From IMG/VR virus record IMGVR_UViG_3300050501_000377: a stretch of DNA of 64,000 nt. One strand, 5' to 3'. Position 1 is the stretch's first letter; every line of letters starts with the position of its first letter. The stretch is from a virus. Of the stretch, positions 7,965 to 15,791 are shown piece by piece. The notes under the pieces were generated by a model. That model was not told the origin of the DNA and searched no databases. It saw only the letters and a program-made list of their open reading frames with translations. A program made the translations under genes and the position numbers.

Positions 7965-10264
7965 AAGTAGAGACCGCCGCTGCCGGTGCCGCCGCTGCCG
8001 GTGCTTCCGTCGCTTCCGGTATCGAGGCTGGAATAATCATCGGCGTGGACACTTTCATAATCCATCTCCAGGTCGTCGGCATCCGCCGCGGTGGCCGGCG
8101 AGTTGCGGTAGTCGGGCACTTCGGTCGCCTGGTCGCGGTGCAGCTGGTCGAGCGCCGCCTTGCGCCGACGCCGTTCGGCCACCGGTTCGATCTCGCCGCC
8201 GGCCATCCGCCAGGCGACGTAGAAGCCGATCGCCGAGGCCATCACGCAGTCGTCGTGCTGGCCGCGCGCCGCTTCGGCTTCCCCGATTGTCGATTCGGTA
8301 ATGAAGTGGCGCAACTCCCCCCTGGTGAGCGGCGAGTTGAGGACCAGGTCGGGGAGGCGCGTGATCGGGTCGAAGGTGGTGATGGCGCCGTAGTAGCTGG
8401 CGAGGAGCAGCGGACGCGTGCGCGGTGAGGTCACCCAGCCGATGCGGGTCGAGTAGCGGCGCTCGGCCGACGCCGCATCCGCGTACTCCCAGACGTAGAA
8501 GTGGCAGTAGCCCAGGTGCAGCTGCAGGGTGTCCTGGGTGGCGAGGCCGTGGTTGTTGGTCTCGATCGCCGCCATCGCTTCCACTTGATCGGCGTCGGCG
8601 TAATAGCGGCCGATGGCGTCGCAGACAAAGGCGAGCTGTTTGGGGTCGAGGCGGTTGCTGACGTACTGGGCGACCTGCTCGGCCGGTTCTTCGATCGTCG
8701 GCTGGCGGATGATGTCGACGACCGAGTAGTCGAGGCCGAGGCCGTCAGAGACGTCGACCGACATGATGTAGCGGCGCGGGCCGCGCACCCGCGGGTACTC
8801 CCAGATGGCGAGGACCGAGCCGCGCAGGTTGGGCATCGCGGCGAGCTGAGAACGGGTCAGGCGGCGGAAGCCGTAGCCGGGAGGGACCGGGTCGACTTCG
8901 TGGGTGATCTTGGTCGAGCGCGCGGCGGGGTCGTGCGGCGCGAGCGGCGGGACCACACGCTTGGCGTCGAGGTCGGCGGTCTCGTCGGCGACGGTGCGGA
9001 GGCGCGCGATCTCCATCGCCGGTTCGACCGACCAGACGTCCTTGAGCGGGCGGAGCGAGCCGGCGCGGTCGATCGCTTCGAGCTGTTCGAGGGTGAAGAC
9101 CGAGCGGCCGGCGTACTGGAAGCACTCCTGGTCGTCGGCCGGATACTCCTTCAGGAATTTATACAGCTGTCCCTTGGTCTCGTAGAAGCGGCGCGTCTTC
9201 TCGTACCAGTACATCTGCTCGCGCGAGAGGCGGACGGTGCGCCCGCTGAACCACTTCGGCGAGTCCTTCTCGCATTTCATCGCGTGGGCGATGGTGGTCG
9301 AGGAGGGCGTCCAGTCGAGCGGCGCGGGGAGCGAGTACTTCTTCGGCTCCGCCGACCAGGGGATGAAGACATTCTTGAAGCGGCCTTCGTCCTGGCCGCT
9401 GGCGAGCCAATGCTTGTGCCACCAGTCGCCGGCAAACTCCGCTGTCGCCTCGTAGAGGACCAGCGTGTCGGGCGAGTAGGGGATGGCGGGGAGCAGAGCG
9501 GTGTCGAGCTGCTCGGGGTTCTCCCAGGTGGGGAGTTCGCTGATGTGGACGACCGAGTAGGTCTGGCCGCGGCCGATCGCGCCCTTCGATCCTTCGGCGC
9601 CGGTGGTCGACTGGAGCGCGCCGCGGGTGGATTTGCCCCAGGCGGTTTTCAGGTAGCACTGGTTGGCGAGCGAGAGTTCGCGGTTCTTGTTGAAGTAGAC
9701 GCGATCCGGCTTGAGGAACCAGGGCAGCTGGTCGTAGATGCGGACGACCATGCGAAAGAGGTAGCCGGCTTGTTCCTCGACGTCGGCGCCGCTGAGGGCG
9801 CGGGTGTGCGTGCGAGTGACGAGGCGATGCGCGACGAGGGCTTCGCTGAGCGTTGAGACCCCGAGCTGGCGCGCCTTGAGGATGTTGAGGAGCAGACCGT
9901 CGGGCGAGCCGATTCGGACGTTGTGCCGTTCGATCTGGGCGAGCTGGTCGAGGACCATGCGCTGTGACTCCCAGAGCGGCGAGAGGCGGCGCAGGCCGTG
10001 GCCCTCTTCGTCGATCCAGACGAAGCGCTCGGCGAAGTAGGGGAAGTCGTAGATGCTGCGGAGGCGCGAGGAGGCGATGAAGCGCTGCTCGTCTTCGCTG
10101 AGCGGCCGGGTGACGGTGTTGGTGTCGTCGACCGCCTGCATCACCGAGGCAGTCAGGGCGGCGGAGTCGTCGATGGAGTAGCGCGGGATGGCGCCCTGGA
10201 AGGTCGAGCGGAACTGGCGCGCGGTCTCGGCTTCGTCCTCGGCGATGAGATCGGGGTGATACAC
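7943..10264 (-). CDS. terL: terminase large subunit
   Basis: Walker A-like KARQLGVST and Walker B-like VVHISE, with a long conserved-looking body. The upper part of the track ORF (to 10780) is an Arg/Pro-rich shadow frame overlapping terS. The first plausible start is GTG at 10264 (start uncertain). Confidence 0.85.
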   Translation of the reverse strand: MYHPDLIAEDEAETARQFRSTFQGAIPRYSIDDSAALTASVMQAVDDTNTVTRPLSEDEQRFIASSRLRSIYDFPYFAERFVWIDEEGHGLRRLSPLWESQRMVLDQLAQIERHNVRIGSPDGLLLNILKARQLGVSTLSEALVAHRLVTRTHTRALSGADVEEQAGYLFRMVVRIYDQLPWFLKPDRVYFNKNRELSLANQCYLKTAWGKSTRGALQSTTGAEGSKGAIGRGQTYSVVHISELPTWENPEQLDTALLPAIPYSPDTLVLYEATAEFAGDWWHKHWLASGQDEGRFKNVFIPWSAEPKKYSLPAPLDWTPSSTTIAHAMKCEKDSPKWFSGRTVRLSREQMYWYEKTRRFYETKGQLYKFLKEYPADDQECFQYAGRSVFTLEQLEAIDRAGSLRPLKDVWSVEPAMEIARLRTVADETADLDAKRVVPPLAPHDPAARSTKITHEVDPVPPGYGFRRLTRSQLAAMPNLRGSVLAIWEYPRVRGPRRYIMSVDVSDGLGLDYSVVDIIRQPTIEEPAEQVAQYVSNRLDPKQLAFVCDAIGRYYADADQVEAMAAIETNNHGLATQDTLQLHLGYCHFYVWEYADAASAERRYSTRIGWVTSPRTRPLLLASYYGAITTFDPITRLPDLVLNSPLTRGELRHFITESTIGEAEAARGQHDDCVMASAIGFYVAWRMAGGEIEPVAERRRRKAALDQLHRDQATEVPDYRNSPATAADADDLEMDYESVHADDYSSLDTGSDGSTGSGGTGSGGLYFDDRSRA

Positions 10265-10280
10265 GGGGCTAGTACTTCTT

Positions 10281-10355
10281 AGGGACTGTGCAGTCCCACA
10301 GTCCGGCGGACTGTCGAACTGCCGGAACGTCGCACTGTGGGACCGCTGGACTGAT
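10281..10355. promoter_or_regulatory. cluster of nested inverted repeats (GGACTGTG / CACAGTCC family) in the terS-terL spacer
   Basis: GGACTGTG 10283-10290 pairs with CACAGTCC 10297-10304. ACAGTCC 10298-10304 pairs with GGACTGT 10308-10314. GTCCCACAGT 10293-10302 pairs with ACTGTGGGAC 10334-10343. Confidence 0.6.
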
Positions 10356-10371
10356 GTCGGGCATCGCCTGC

Positions 10372-11292
10372 TCAGTGCAGCGAGGTCTTCGGGTCGTCCG
10401 GCTCGTCGTCCTCGTCGCTCTGCGCGTCCGCGTCGGGGTCGTCCTGGCGCGGGGTGGGGGCACCCGCGGGTGGCTCCTGTCGCGGCGACTCTGTCGGCTC
10501 GGCGGGCGGATCCTGGATCTGCTCGCGCGGCTCGATCGGCTCGCGCGGCGCCTGCGACCGACGGCGGGCGGGGCTGAAGAGCAGCTCGCCGACCGCCTGC
10601 TGCAGCTGTTCGAGCGCGCCGCTGCCCTGGGCGACCAGAGCGGCGCCGCCGGAGGTCATCACGCCCTGGTTCTGCTGCACGATGAGGCCTGCTTTCTTTT
10701 CCGTGAGGTGGCCGAGTTCGAGTGCCAGCTTCTGCCGATCGAGGTCCGGTTCGGTGAGGGTGACGCCGGTGCCGTGGCACTGGCGGCAGGTGGGTCGTTC
10801 CTCGCCGACGCAGTCGCAGGCGACCTCCTGCGGCGCGGCGCGGACCATCACGTCCTCGACGATGGGCGGAAGACGGCGGGCGATGATGTGCGTCGCCTCG
10901 ATGTGCGCCTTGGCGATGAGGGCTTTGCGGTAGGCGGTGAAGAGGTCGGCGACCGAGATGCCGTGCATCGTACAGAGCTTGCGGAGGCTCCAGCGCGCGT
11001 AGCGGTGGTCGAGCAGGTGGTCGACGATCTGCTGGACCTCGGGCGCGTCGGCGGCGACCGAGAGGACGTCGGTGAGGCTCTGCCGGCCGCCGACCGCGCG
11101 CGAGAAGGTCTCGACCGCGTGGTCGTTCAGCTGGACCTCGTCGTCGGCGAGGCGCCCGCCCATGCGGAGGCGCGCCGCGGCCGGGATGAGCGCGGAGGTC
11201 TGCGCCTTGGGGCGGCCGACCGGCTTTTTCTTGTTGGCGCTTCGGGCACCCGCGGGTCGCGGCGCGGTGCCGCTATAGCTGCGAATCGGCAT
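10372..11292 (-). CDS. putative terminase small subunit / DNA-recognition protein
   Basis: Directly upstream of terL. Basic N-terminus (KKKPVGRPK), HTH-like SLRKLCTMHGISVADLF, zinc-knuckle-like CDCVGEERPTCRQCHGTG and an acidic C-tail. Assignment is mainly positional. Confidence 0.5.
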   Translation of the reverse strand: MPIRSYSGTAPRPAGARSANKKKPVGRPKAQTSALIPAAARLRMGGRLADDEVQLNDHAVETFSRAVGGRQSLTDVLSVAADAPEVQQIVDHLLDHRYARWSLRKLCTMHGISVADLFTAYRKALIAKAHIEATHIIARRLPPIVEDVMVRAAPQEVACDCVGEERPTCRQCHGTGVTLTEPDLDRQKLALELGHLTEKKAGLIVQQNQGVMTSGGAALVAQGSGALEQLQQAVGELLFSPARRRSQAPREPIEPREQIQDPPAEPTESPRQEPPAGAPTPRQDDPDADAQSDEDDEPDDPKTSLH

Positions 11293-11315
11293 CGGGAGCT
11301 GGACCTCTCTAGACC

Positions 11316-11495
11316 TTAGACCTCGTAGCGGGTGATGACGCGGTTGCCCAGCAGCTGGTGGGCGACCAGGCCTGGCACCTGGCGCGGCTCGACGTGGCGG
11401 CGCGGAATGAGCGTCGGCGGCTGCTCGCGCAGGAAGCGCTCGACCTCGTGGGGGTCGCGTGGCGGGGTGGGGGGCACCACGGTGGTCGCTTTCAT
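11316..11495 (-). CDS. hypothetical protein, 59 aa (below ORF-track cutoff)
   Basis: My translation gives MKATTVVPPTPPRDPHEVERFLREQPPTLIPRRHVEPRQVPGLVAHQLLGNRVITRYEV. The ATG overlaps the upstream stop (ATGA). Confidence 0.4.
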   Translation of the reverse strand: MKATTVVPPTPPRDPHEVERFLREQPPTLIPRRHVEPRQVPGLVAHQLLGNRVITRYEV

Positions 11496-11857
11496 CGGCG
11501 GGCCTCCATCAAGCGCGTGAGTTCCAGCTCGCGCTCGGCGAGCCGCTTCTGCAGGTCGGTGGTTTTCTCGTCGGCCAGGTAGGTGAGGATCTCTTCGTCA
11601 TCGGGCGAGTGCCCGGTGGCGGTAGTGATCTTGGCGACGAAGTCGAGCGCGAGACCCGCTTCGATCGGGTCGAGGAAGCTGACGGCGGTGTCGGCGTTGA
11701 GGGTCTTGCGGTCAGGCGGGACGAGGGCGGGTGGCGCGAAGTGGTCGGCCAGGCGGGCGAGCACGTCGGTCTGGCGGTCGAGTGCCGCGGCGACCCGGCT
11801 GAGGTCGCGGGCGACCCGCCGCAGGTAGATCGCTGCCGCCATGCGCTTGAACATCAA
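11492..11857 (-). CDS. hypothetical protein, 121 aa (first gene of the leftward late/packaging block)
   Basis: Closed ORF with GC-rich third positions and a helical C-terminus (KRLAERELELTRLMEARR). Divergent from the plus-strand early block. Confidence 0.5.
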   Translation of the reverse strand: MMFKRMAAAIYLRRVARDLSRVAAALDRQTDVLARLADHFAPPALVPPDRKTLNADTAVSFLDPIEAGLALDFVAKITTATGHSPDDEEILTYLADEKTTDLQKRLAERELELTRLMEARR

Positions 11858-11924
11858 GGTGTAGGTCAGTAAGCACCGGGGAGGGGGTCTTGTCTAGTCC
11901 CCCTGGCAGCGGCACAGTGCAGAC

Positions 11925-12320
11925 ATGCTGACAACCGGGATGACGACCAGGACCGCGCCGCTCTCGGATGACATCCTGGAGGTGGTGGTCGAACAGGACG
12001 GCACGGTCGTGGGGCGCTGCCACCTGTTCACCGCGGTCCACTGGGACGAGTGGTGGATCGACGAGGCGCACCGCGGCAAGGGCGTGGTGCTGAAGCACCT
12101 GGTCGAGCGCAGCCTGGAGGTCCTGAACGAGGCAGGGCTTGACACCGTGTATTGCGGCGTCGAGGATGCGAGACCAGATGTGGCCGAGCTGCTGGCGCAC
12201 TTCGGGTTCACGCCCGCGCCGGGGCGGCTGTTCCTGCTGAAGTTACGACGGGACGCAAGTGAAGCAAGCGAAGGAGTGACCGATGGGCGCGATGGCACCG
12301 ATGAACACGCTGGCGGGTAG
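11925..12320 (+). CDS. small GNAT-family N-acetyltransferase-like protein
   Basis: HRGKGVVLKHLVERSLEVLNEAG matches the (R/Q)xxGxG acetyl-CoA binding motif A context. Compact, about 105 aa core. The tail overlaps the next gene by 38 nt. Confidence 0.55.
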   Translation: MLTTGMTTRTAPLSDDILEVVVEQDGTVVGRCHLFTAVHWDEWWIDEAHRGKGVVLKHLVERSLEVLNEAGLDTVYCGVEDARPDVAELLAHFGFTPAPGRLFLLKLRRDASEASEGVTDGRDGTDEHAGG

Positions 12321-12957
12321 CATGACCGGCGGGATGGCGGGCGGCAAGAAGCAGGGCCAGCCGATGCTCGGCCAGAACGTCGGCACGCTGGGGCTGCTGG
12401 GGCAGATGGGGCAGCAGGGGATGGGCGGCATGCCACCGGCGCAGGGGGAGGTCAACGGCGGCAAGGCCTTCACCGACGGACCCGGCAACCTGCGGGGCCA
12501 GGGCCAACCCGCGGGTCAGGCGTTGCCCGGGGCGCTCGGGACGTTCAAGGCGACGCTGGGCCAGCAAAAAGGCGGCAGCTTCATGAGCCGGATCAAGAAA
12601 AGCCTGCCGTCGCTGCGCGGCCTTCCCGGCATGGGCGGCCCAAACCAGACCCAGAGTAGCGTCCCCTGGGGACTGAACGCGAAAAACGCCATGGGCATGG
12701 GCGGCGGCATCGGCGGCGGCATCGGGGCCGGCGGTGGCCTGGCCGGCATGATGGGCGGCGTCGGCCAGCTGATGAACAACCCGCAGGCCGGCGGCATGGG
12801 CGGCAACCCGCTGCTCGGCAACGCGGGCGGGGGCGGCAGCCCGTACAAACCGCAGTTCCCCGGCGGGATGATGCCGCAGTTCCAGCAGGGCCAGATGGCT
12901 CAGCAGCAGCAGGCGCAGCAGAACCAGCCGCCAGGCGAGCCGAAGCGCGACGAATAG
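12283..12957 (+). CDS. Gly/Met/Gln-rich low-complexity protein, 224 aa
   Basis: GAAGGAG RBS 6 nt upstream of the ATG. GC-rich third positions throughout, and composition dominated by G, M, Q, N, P (GGIGGGIGAGGGLAGMMGG...QFQQGQMAQQQQAQQNQPP). Confidence 0.6.
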   Translation: MGAMAPMNTLAGSMTGGMAGGKKQGQPMLGQNVGTLGLLGQMGQQGMGGMPPAQGEVNGGKAFTDGPGNLRGQGQPAGQALPGALGTFKATLGQQKGGSFMSRIKKSLPSLRGLPGMGGPNQTQSSVPWGLNAKNAMGMGGGIGGGIGAGGGLAGMMGGVGQLMNNPQAGGMGGNPLLGNAGGGGSPYKPQFPGGMMPQFQQGQMAQQQQAQQNQPPGEPKRDE

Positions 12958-12981
12958 CCGCACCCGCCCAACCCACCGCAA

Positions 12982-13015
12982 GGGACCGAGCTGAGCCGTT
13001 CGGTCCCGTTTCCTT
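12982..13015 (+). terminator. intrinsic terminator candidate after the G/M/Q-rich gene
   Basis: GGGACCGA 12982-12989 pairs with TCGGTCCC 13000-13007 (8-bp stem, 10-nt loop), followed by gtttccttc. Confidence 0.55.
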
Positions 13016-13020
13016 CAGAT

Positions 13021-13089
13021 CCTCAGCTTTCCTCAGCTTTCCGCAGATTTTTTCAAAATTTAGTTGAAAAATCGCTGAAAAATCGCTGA
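13021..13089. repeat. AT-rich tandem direct repeats
   Basis: cctcagcttt x2 plus a degenerate third copy ccgcagattt (13021-13050). gaaaaatcgct x2 (13066-13087). This is the lowest-GC stretch of the early region. Confidence 0.8.
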
Positions 13090-13145
13090 TACCGGGTGCA
13101 GGCGCTCGCGCCTCTCCCCCCTACGGCCTCGCGGACAATGCGCCC

Positions 13146-13262
13146 GCCGCCAGCTGCTGGCAGGCTGGCCGCCAGCTGGCGGCGTCGAGGCGCCCGCCAG
13201 CCGCCCGCGTCGAGGCGCCCGCCAGCTGCCGGGGCCGGCGGCCGGCTGCCCCGCCAGCTGCC
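13146..13262. repeat. GC-rich repeat field with CAGCTG cores
   Basis: CGCCAGCTG occurs 4 times, the palindrome gccagctggc lies at 13171-13180, and the 19-bp direct repeat gcgtcgaggcgcccgccag occurs at 13182-13200 and 13207-13225. Confidence 0.8.
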
Positions 13263-13533
13263 GAGGCCGGCGAAGCGGGCCGGCGGGCCGTTTCGCCTGA
13301 CCTTCGTCGCGGAGCGCGCCGCTAACCTACTGAGCCGGTGCGACTTACAGCCCACGCGTCTGAGAAGCTGGGTTATGTTAACCAGGTGGGCGGGGCTGAG
13401 CCGGCGGCCGGCGGCTGCTGGCCGGCTGGAAAGTGTATGGTTTGGCAGACTAAAGTGCAGGTATTCCAGACAATCTGGCAGGCGGCTCGCTGGCAGCTGC
13501 GGCCGTTTGCTGGCAATCTGGCCGGTTGCCAGA

Positions 13534-13549
13534 TGGCACGATGCCTGCA
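13534..13549 (+). promoter_or_regulatory. sigma54-type -24/-12 promoter candidate
   Basis: TGGCACGatgcCTGCA has GG and GC separated by exactly 10 nt, one mismatch to TGGCACG-N4-TTGCW. It lies about 90 nt upstream of the 13637 ATG and is preceded by the inverted repeat CTGGCAA/TTGCCAG (13510-13516 / 13526-13532). Confidence 0.3.
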
Positions 13550-13636
13550 GCTGAGCCGTTTGGACCTCGTCCCGAGGCAACCAACCGACAACCGCGGCCG
13601 GCCTGAGCAGTCGGCCCTTTCGCAGGAGTTACCGAC

Positions 13637-14677
13637 ATGGCACACAATCTCGCGACCCTCAACAACACCGTCGCTATGGCCTACATCGACGGGCCGGCGT
13701 GGCACAACCTCGGCAACAACGTGCTGAAGCTGATGCGGGAGGCCACGCCCGCCACCTACGTGGACGTGGCGCTCGACGCGGCCCAGATGCGGTATCAGGT
13801 GGGCAGCGTCCCGATGCACCTCCCCGACGGCACCGAGGTGCGCGGCCACAAGATCAGCGTCCGCTTCGCGGCGGATGGCACCGTCGCGGCTGTCTTCGGC
13901 CCCGTCGGCGACGGCTACACCCACACCCAGAACGAGGAAAACGTCTCGATCCTGCGGGTGCTGGCGGAGGAGTTCGGCTGCGTCCCGGCTGTGGCCGGCG
14001 TGCTGGGGCAGGGCGAACGCTGCTGGATGCTCATGCGGCTCGCGGACGCGACGATCACGCCGGTGGCGGGCGACGACGTGCGCGGGTACTTCCTGCTGCA
14101 CTGGGGCCACGACGGCAACATGTCGGTGCAGGGGCTGGGCACGTCGGTGCGCGTCGTCTGCCAGAACACCCTGAACATGGCGACCAACGGCCGCAAGGCG
14201 TGGATCAGCATTCGCCACACCGCGAGCGCGTCGGCGCGGCTCGACGAGGCCGCCGGCATTGTCCGCAAGCTGATGGAGGCGCTGAAGACGACCGGCGACA
14301 CCTTCGCCGGCATGGCCGCCAAGCGGCTCAGCGCCCAGCAGATCGTCGCCTACATCGACAGCGTCATCCCGAACACTGACGCGAAGGCCGCGACCGTGGC
14401 CCCGGTGATTCAGGCGCGGCGTGAGACCGTGGCGCGGTTGGTTCACGCCGGCCGGGGCGCGGCCATGGCGAACCAGCTGGTCGACACCCGCGACGGCAGC
14501 GCCAGCCTCTGGGCCACGGTGAACGCCGTGAGCGAGTACTTCGACCACGTTCGGCCGGCTGAGGCGAAGAGCGACGCCGGCCGCCAGAACGCGTTCGAGT
14601 CCGCCCTGTTCGGCGGCAATGCCGAGGTGAAGGCCGCAGCCTTCGCTGAGGCGCGGCAGCTGCTGGGCGCGGTCTAG
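13637..14677 (+). CDS. DUF932-family (phage/plasmid-like) protein
   Basis: 346 aa with N-terminal GPAWHNLGN and central SVRVVCQNTL (the VCxNT signature I associate with DUF932). AGGAG RBS 8 nt upstream. Confidence 0.7.
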   Translation: MAHNLATLNNTVAMAYIDGPAWHNLGNNVLKLMREATPATYVDVALDAAQMRYQVGSVPMHLPDGTEVRGHKISVRFAADGTVAAVFGPVGDGYTHTQNEENVSILRVLAEEFGCVPAVAGVLGQGERCWMLMRLADATITPVAGDDVRGYFLLHWGHDGNMSVQGLGTSVRVVCQNTLNMATNGRKAWISIRHTASASARLDEAAGIVRKLMEALKTTGDTFAGMAAKRLSAQQIVAYIDSVIPNTDAKAATVAPVIQARRETVARLVHAGRGAAMANQLVDTRDGSASLWATVNAVSEYFDHVRPAEAKSDAGRQNAFESALFGGNAEVKAAAFAEARQLLGAV

Positions 14678-14696
14678 GCGCCCTGGCGGCCCCTCT

Positions 14697-14725
14697 GGGG
14701 CTGCTGGCATGACGCCGGCAGCCCC
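14697..14725 (+). terminator. GC hairpin (terminator-like, no U tract)
   Basis: GGGGCTGC 14697-14704 pairs with GCAGCCCC 14718-14725. Confidence 0.3.
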
Positions 14726-14760
14726 GCCCTTCAACGACGACGACGCAGGAGACAACGACC

Positions 14761-15411
14761 ATGGCAACGACGACGACGACGACCGCCCCCGCCTTTCGGA
14801 CCATTACCGCCCGCTTCGCCGGCACCTGCAAGCGCTGCAAGGGGCCGATCACCGTCGGCCAGTCGATCCGGTTTGGCGGCCCCGGCCGGACCTATCACCT
14901 AGCCGACGCCTGCAGCTACGTCCCGCCTGCGTCGACGCTGTCGACGTCGGCGCCGGCTGACTACGTGGCGGCGCCGGCAGCTGCCCCGGTGGCGCCCGTG
15001 GCGGCTGTCCCGGTCGCGGTCGCGGTCGCGCCGGCAGCTGCAGCGGTCGACGACAAGGCGCTGATGTCAGCGGCCATGGCCGGGAGCATCGCGCAGACCT
15101 TCGCCGGCCTGATGGCGCGGCCGGTCGTGCTGGCCGACCTCGAACCGCGCCAGCAGCCGCCGGCAGCGGTCGAGGCGCCGGCTGTCGCGGTCGACGTCGA
15201 GGCGCCGGCTGTCGTCGAGGCGCCGGCCCGCGTGCCCGACTGGCAGGTTCCCGGCTGGAACGACTGGCAGGGGCTGCCAGCGGTGATCCGCCAGACGGAG
15301 GCCGCAGCTGCCAAGGCCCAGACCGCCCCGGCGGCGCGTCAGGCGGCCCTGAGAGCGACGATCAGCCGCACGCCGGCAGTCCAGCCCTTCGACGACGACG
15401 ACCTGCTGTAG
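14761..15411 (+). CDS. Ala/Pro/Val-rich protein with N-terminal zinc-ribbon-like motif and acidic C-terminal tip, 216 aa
   Basis: MATTTTTTAPAF..., CKRCKGPI...HLADAC, and the protein ends QPFDDDDLL. GC-rich third positions. Confidence 0.55.
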   Translation: MATTTTTTAPAFRTITARFAGTCKRCKGPITVGQSIRFGGPGRTYHLADACSYVPPASTLSTSAPADYVAAPAAAPVAPVAAVPVAVAVAPAAAAVDDKALMSAAMAGSIAQTFAGLMARPVVLADLEPRQQPPAAVEAPAVAVDVEAPAVVEAPARVPDWQVPGWNDWQGLPAVIRQTEAAAAKAQTAPAARQAALRATISRTPAVQPFDDDDLL

Positions 15412-15418
15412 GGGACGG

Positions 15419-15444
15419 CAGGCCAGCCGGCCGGGGCTGGCCTG
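15419..15444 (+). terminator. GC hairpin (terminator-like, no U tract)
   Basis: CAGGCCAGCC pairs with GGCTGGCCTG (10-bp stem, 6-nt loop), 8 nt after the stop codon. Confidence 0.4.
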
Positions 15445-15502
15445 TAACCCACCGGGGCGCGTATCCGAAGGGGCGCCTGCAGGGGAGGGGGAGGGGTGAG
15501 CG

Positions 15503-15703
15503 ATGAAGCACAGCTACTCGGCAACGTGCGAGTGCAAGCGCTGCCGGCGCGAACACGGGCGACGCCTGCAGCAGGCGAAGGCGAACCACGCGCAGGCCTG
15601 GACGGCGGGCCGCTGGCCAGCGCGCCACGAGGCGGGCATGGAGCGCTGGGCGCGGCGGTACGACGCCCTGAACGGCGCGCCGGAGGGCGACGACGACCGG
15701 TAA
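15503..15703 (+). CDS. hypothetical protein, 66 aa (Cys-rich N-terminus)
   Basis: MKHSYSATCECKRCRREHG...; closed ORF in the early block with a GGGGAGGGG purine tract upstream. Confidence 0.45.
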   Translation: MKHSYSATCECKRCRREHGRRLQQAKANHAQAWTAGRWPARHEAGMERWARRYDALNGAPEGDDDR

Positions 15704-15712
15704 CGCGGGAGC

Positions 15713-15775
15713 GCCGGCAGCTGCCGGCAGCAGCTGCTGGCGGGCTGGGCGGGCCGACCGCCGGCAGCTGCAGGG
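15713..15775. repeat. CAGCTG-centred GC palindromes
   Basis: Perfect 16-bp palindrome gccggcagctgccggc (15713-15728), 10-bp palindrome agcagctgct (15729-15738), and ccgccggcagctgcagg (15759-15775). Confidence 0.85.
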
Positions 15776-15791
15776 GAGCGGAGCAACGACC

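Noticed and set aside
10269-10463. Small ORF (MPDISPAVPQCDVPAVRQSAGLWDCTVPKKY at its 3' end) in the terS-terL spacer
   Set aside because: It is built from the inverted-repeat cluster, has no RBS, and its upper part overlaps terS out of frame.
10265-10780. N-terminal 172-codon extension of the terL track ORF
   Set aside because: It overlaps the terS gene almost completely, is Arg/Pro/Ala-rich with no coding-like bias, and precedes the conserved-looking terminase sequence.
11905-11924. Second sigma54-like element (CTGGCAGCGGCACAGTGCAG) in the divergent spacer
   Set aside because: The GG-to-GC spacing is 12 or 6 nt rather than the required 10, so it does not fit the -24/-12 geometry.
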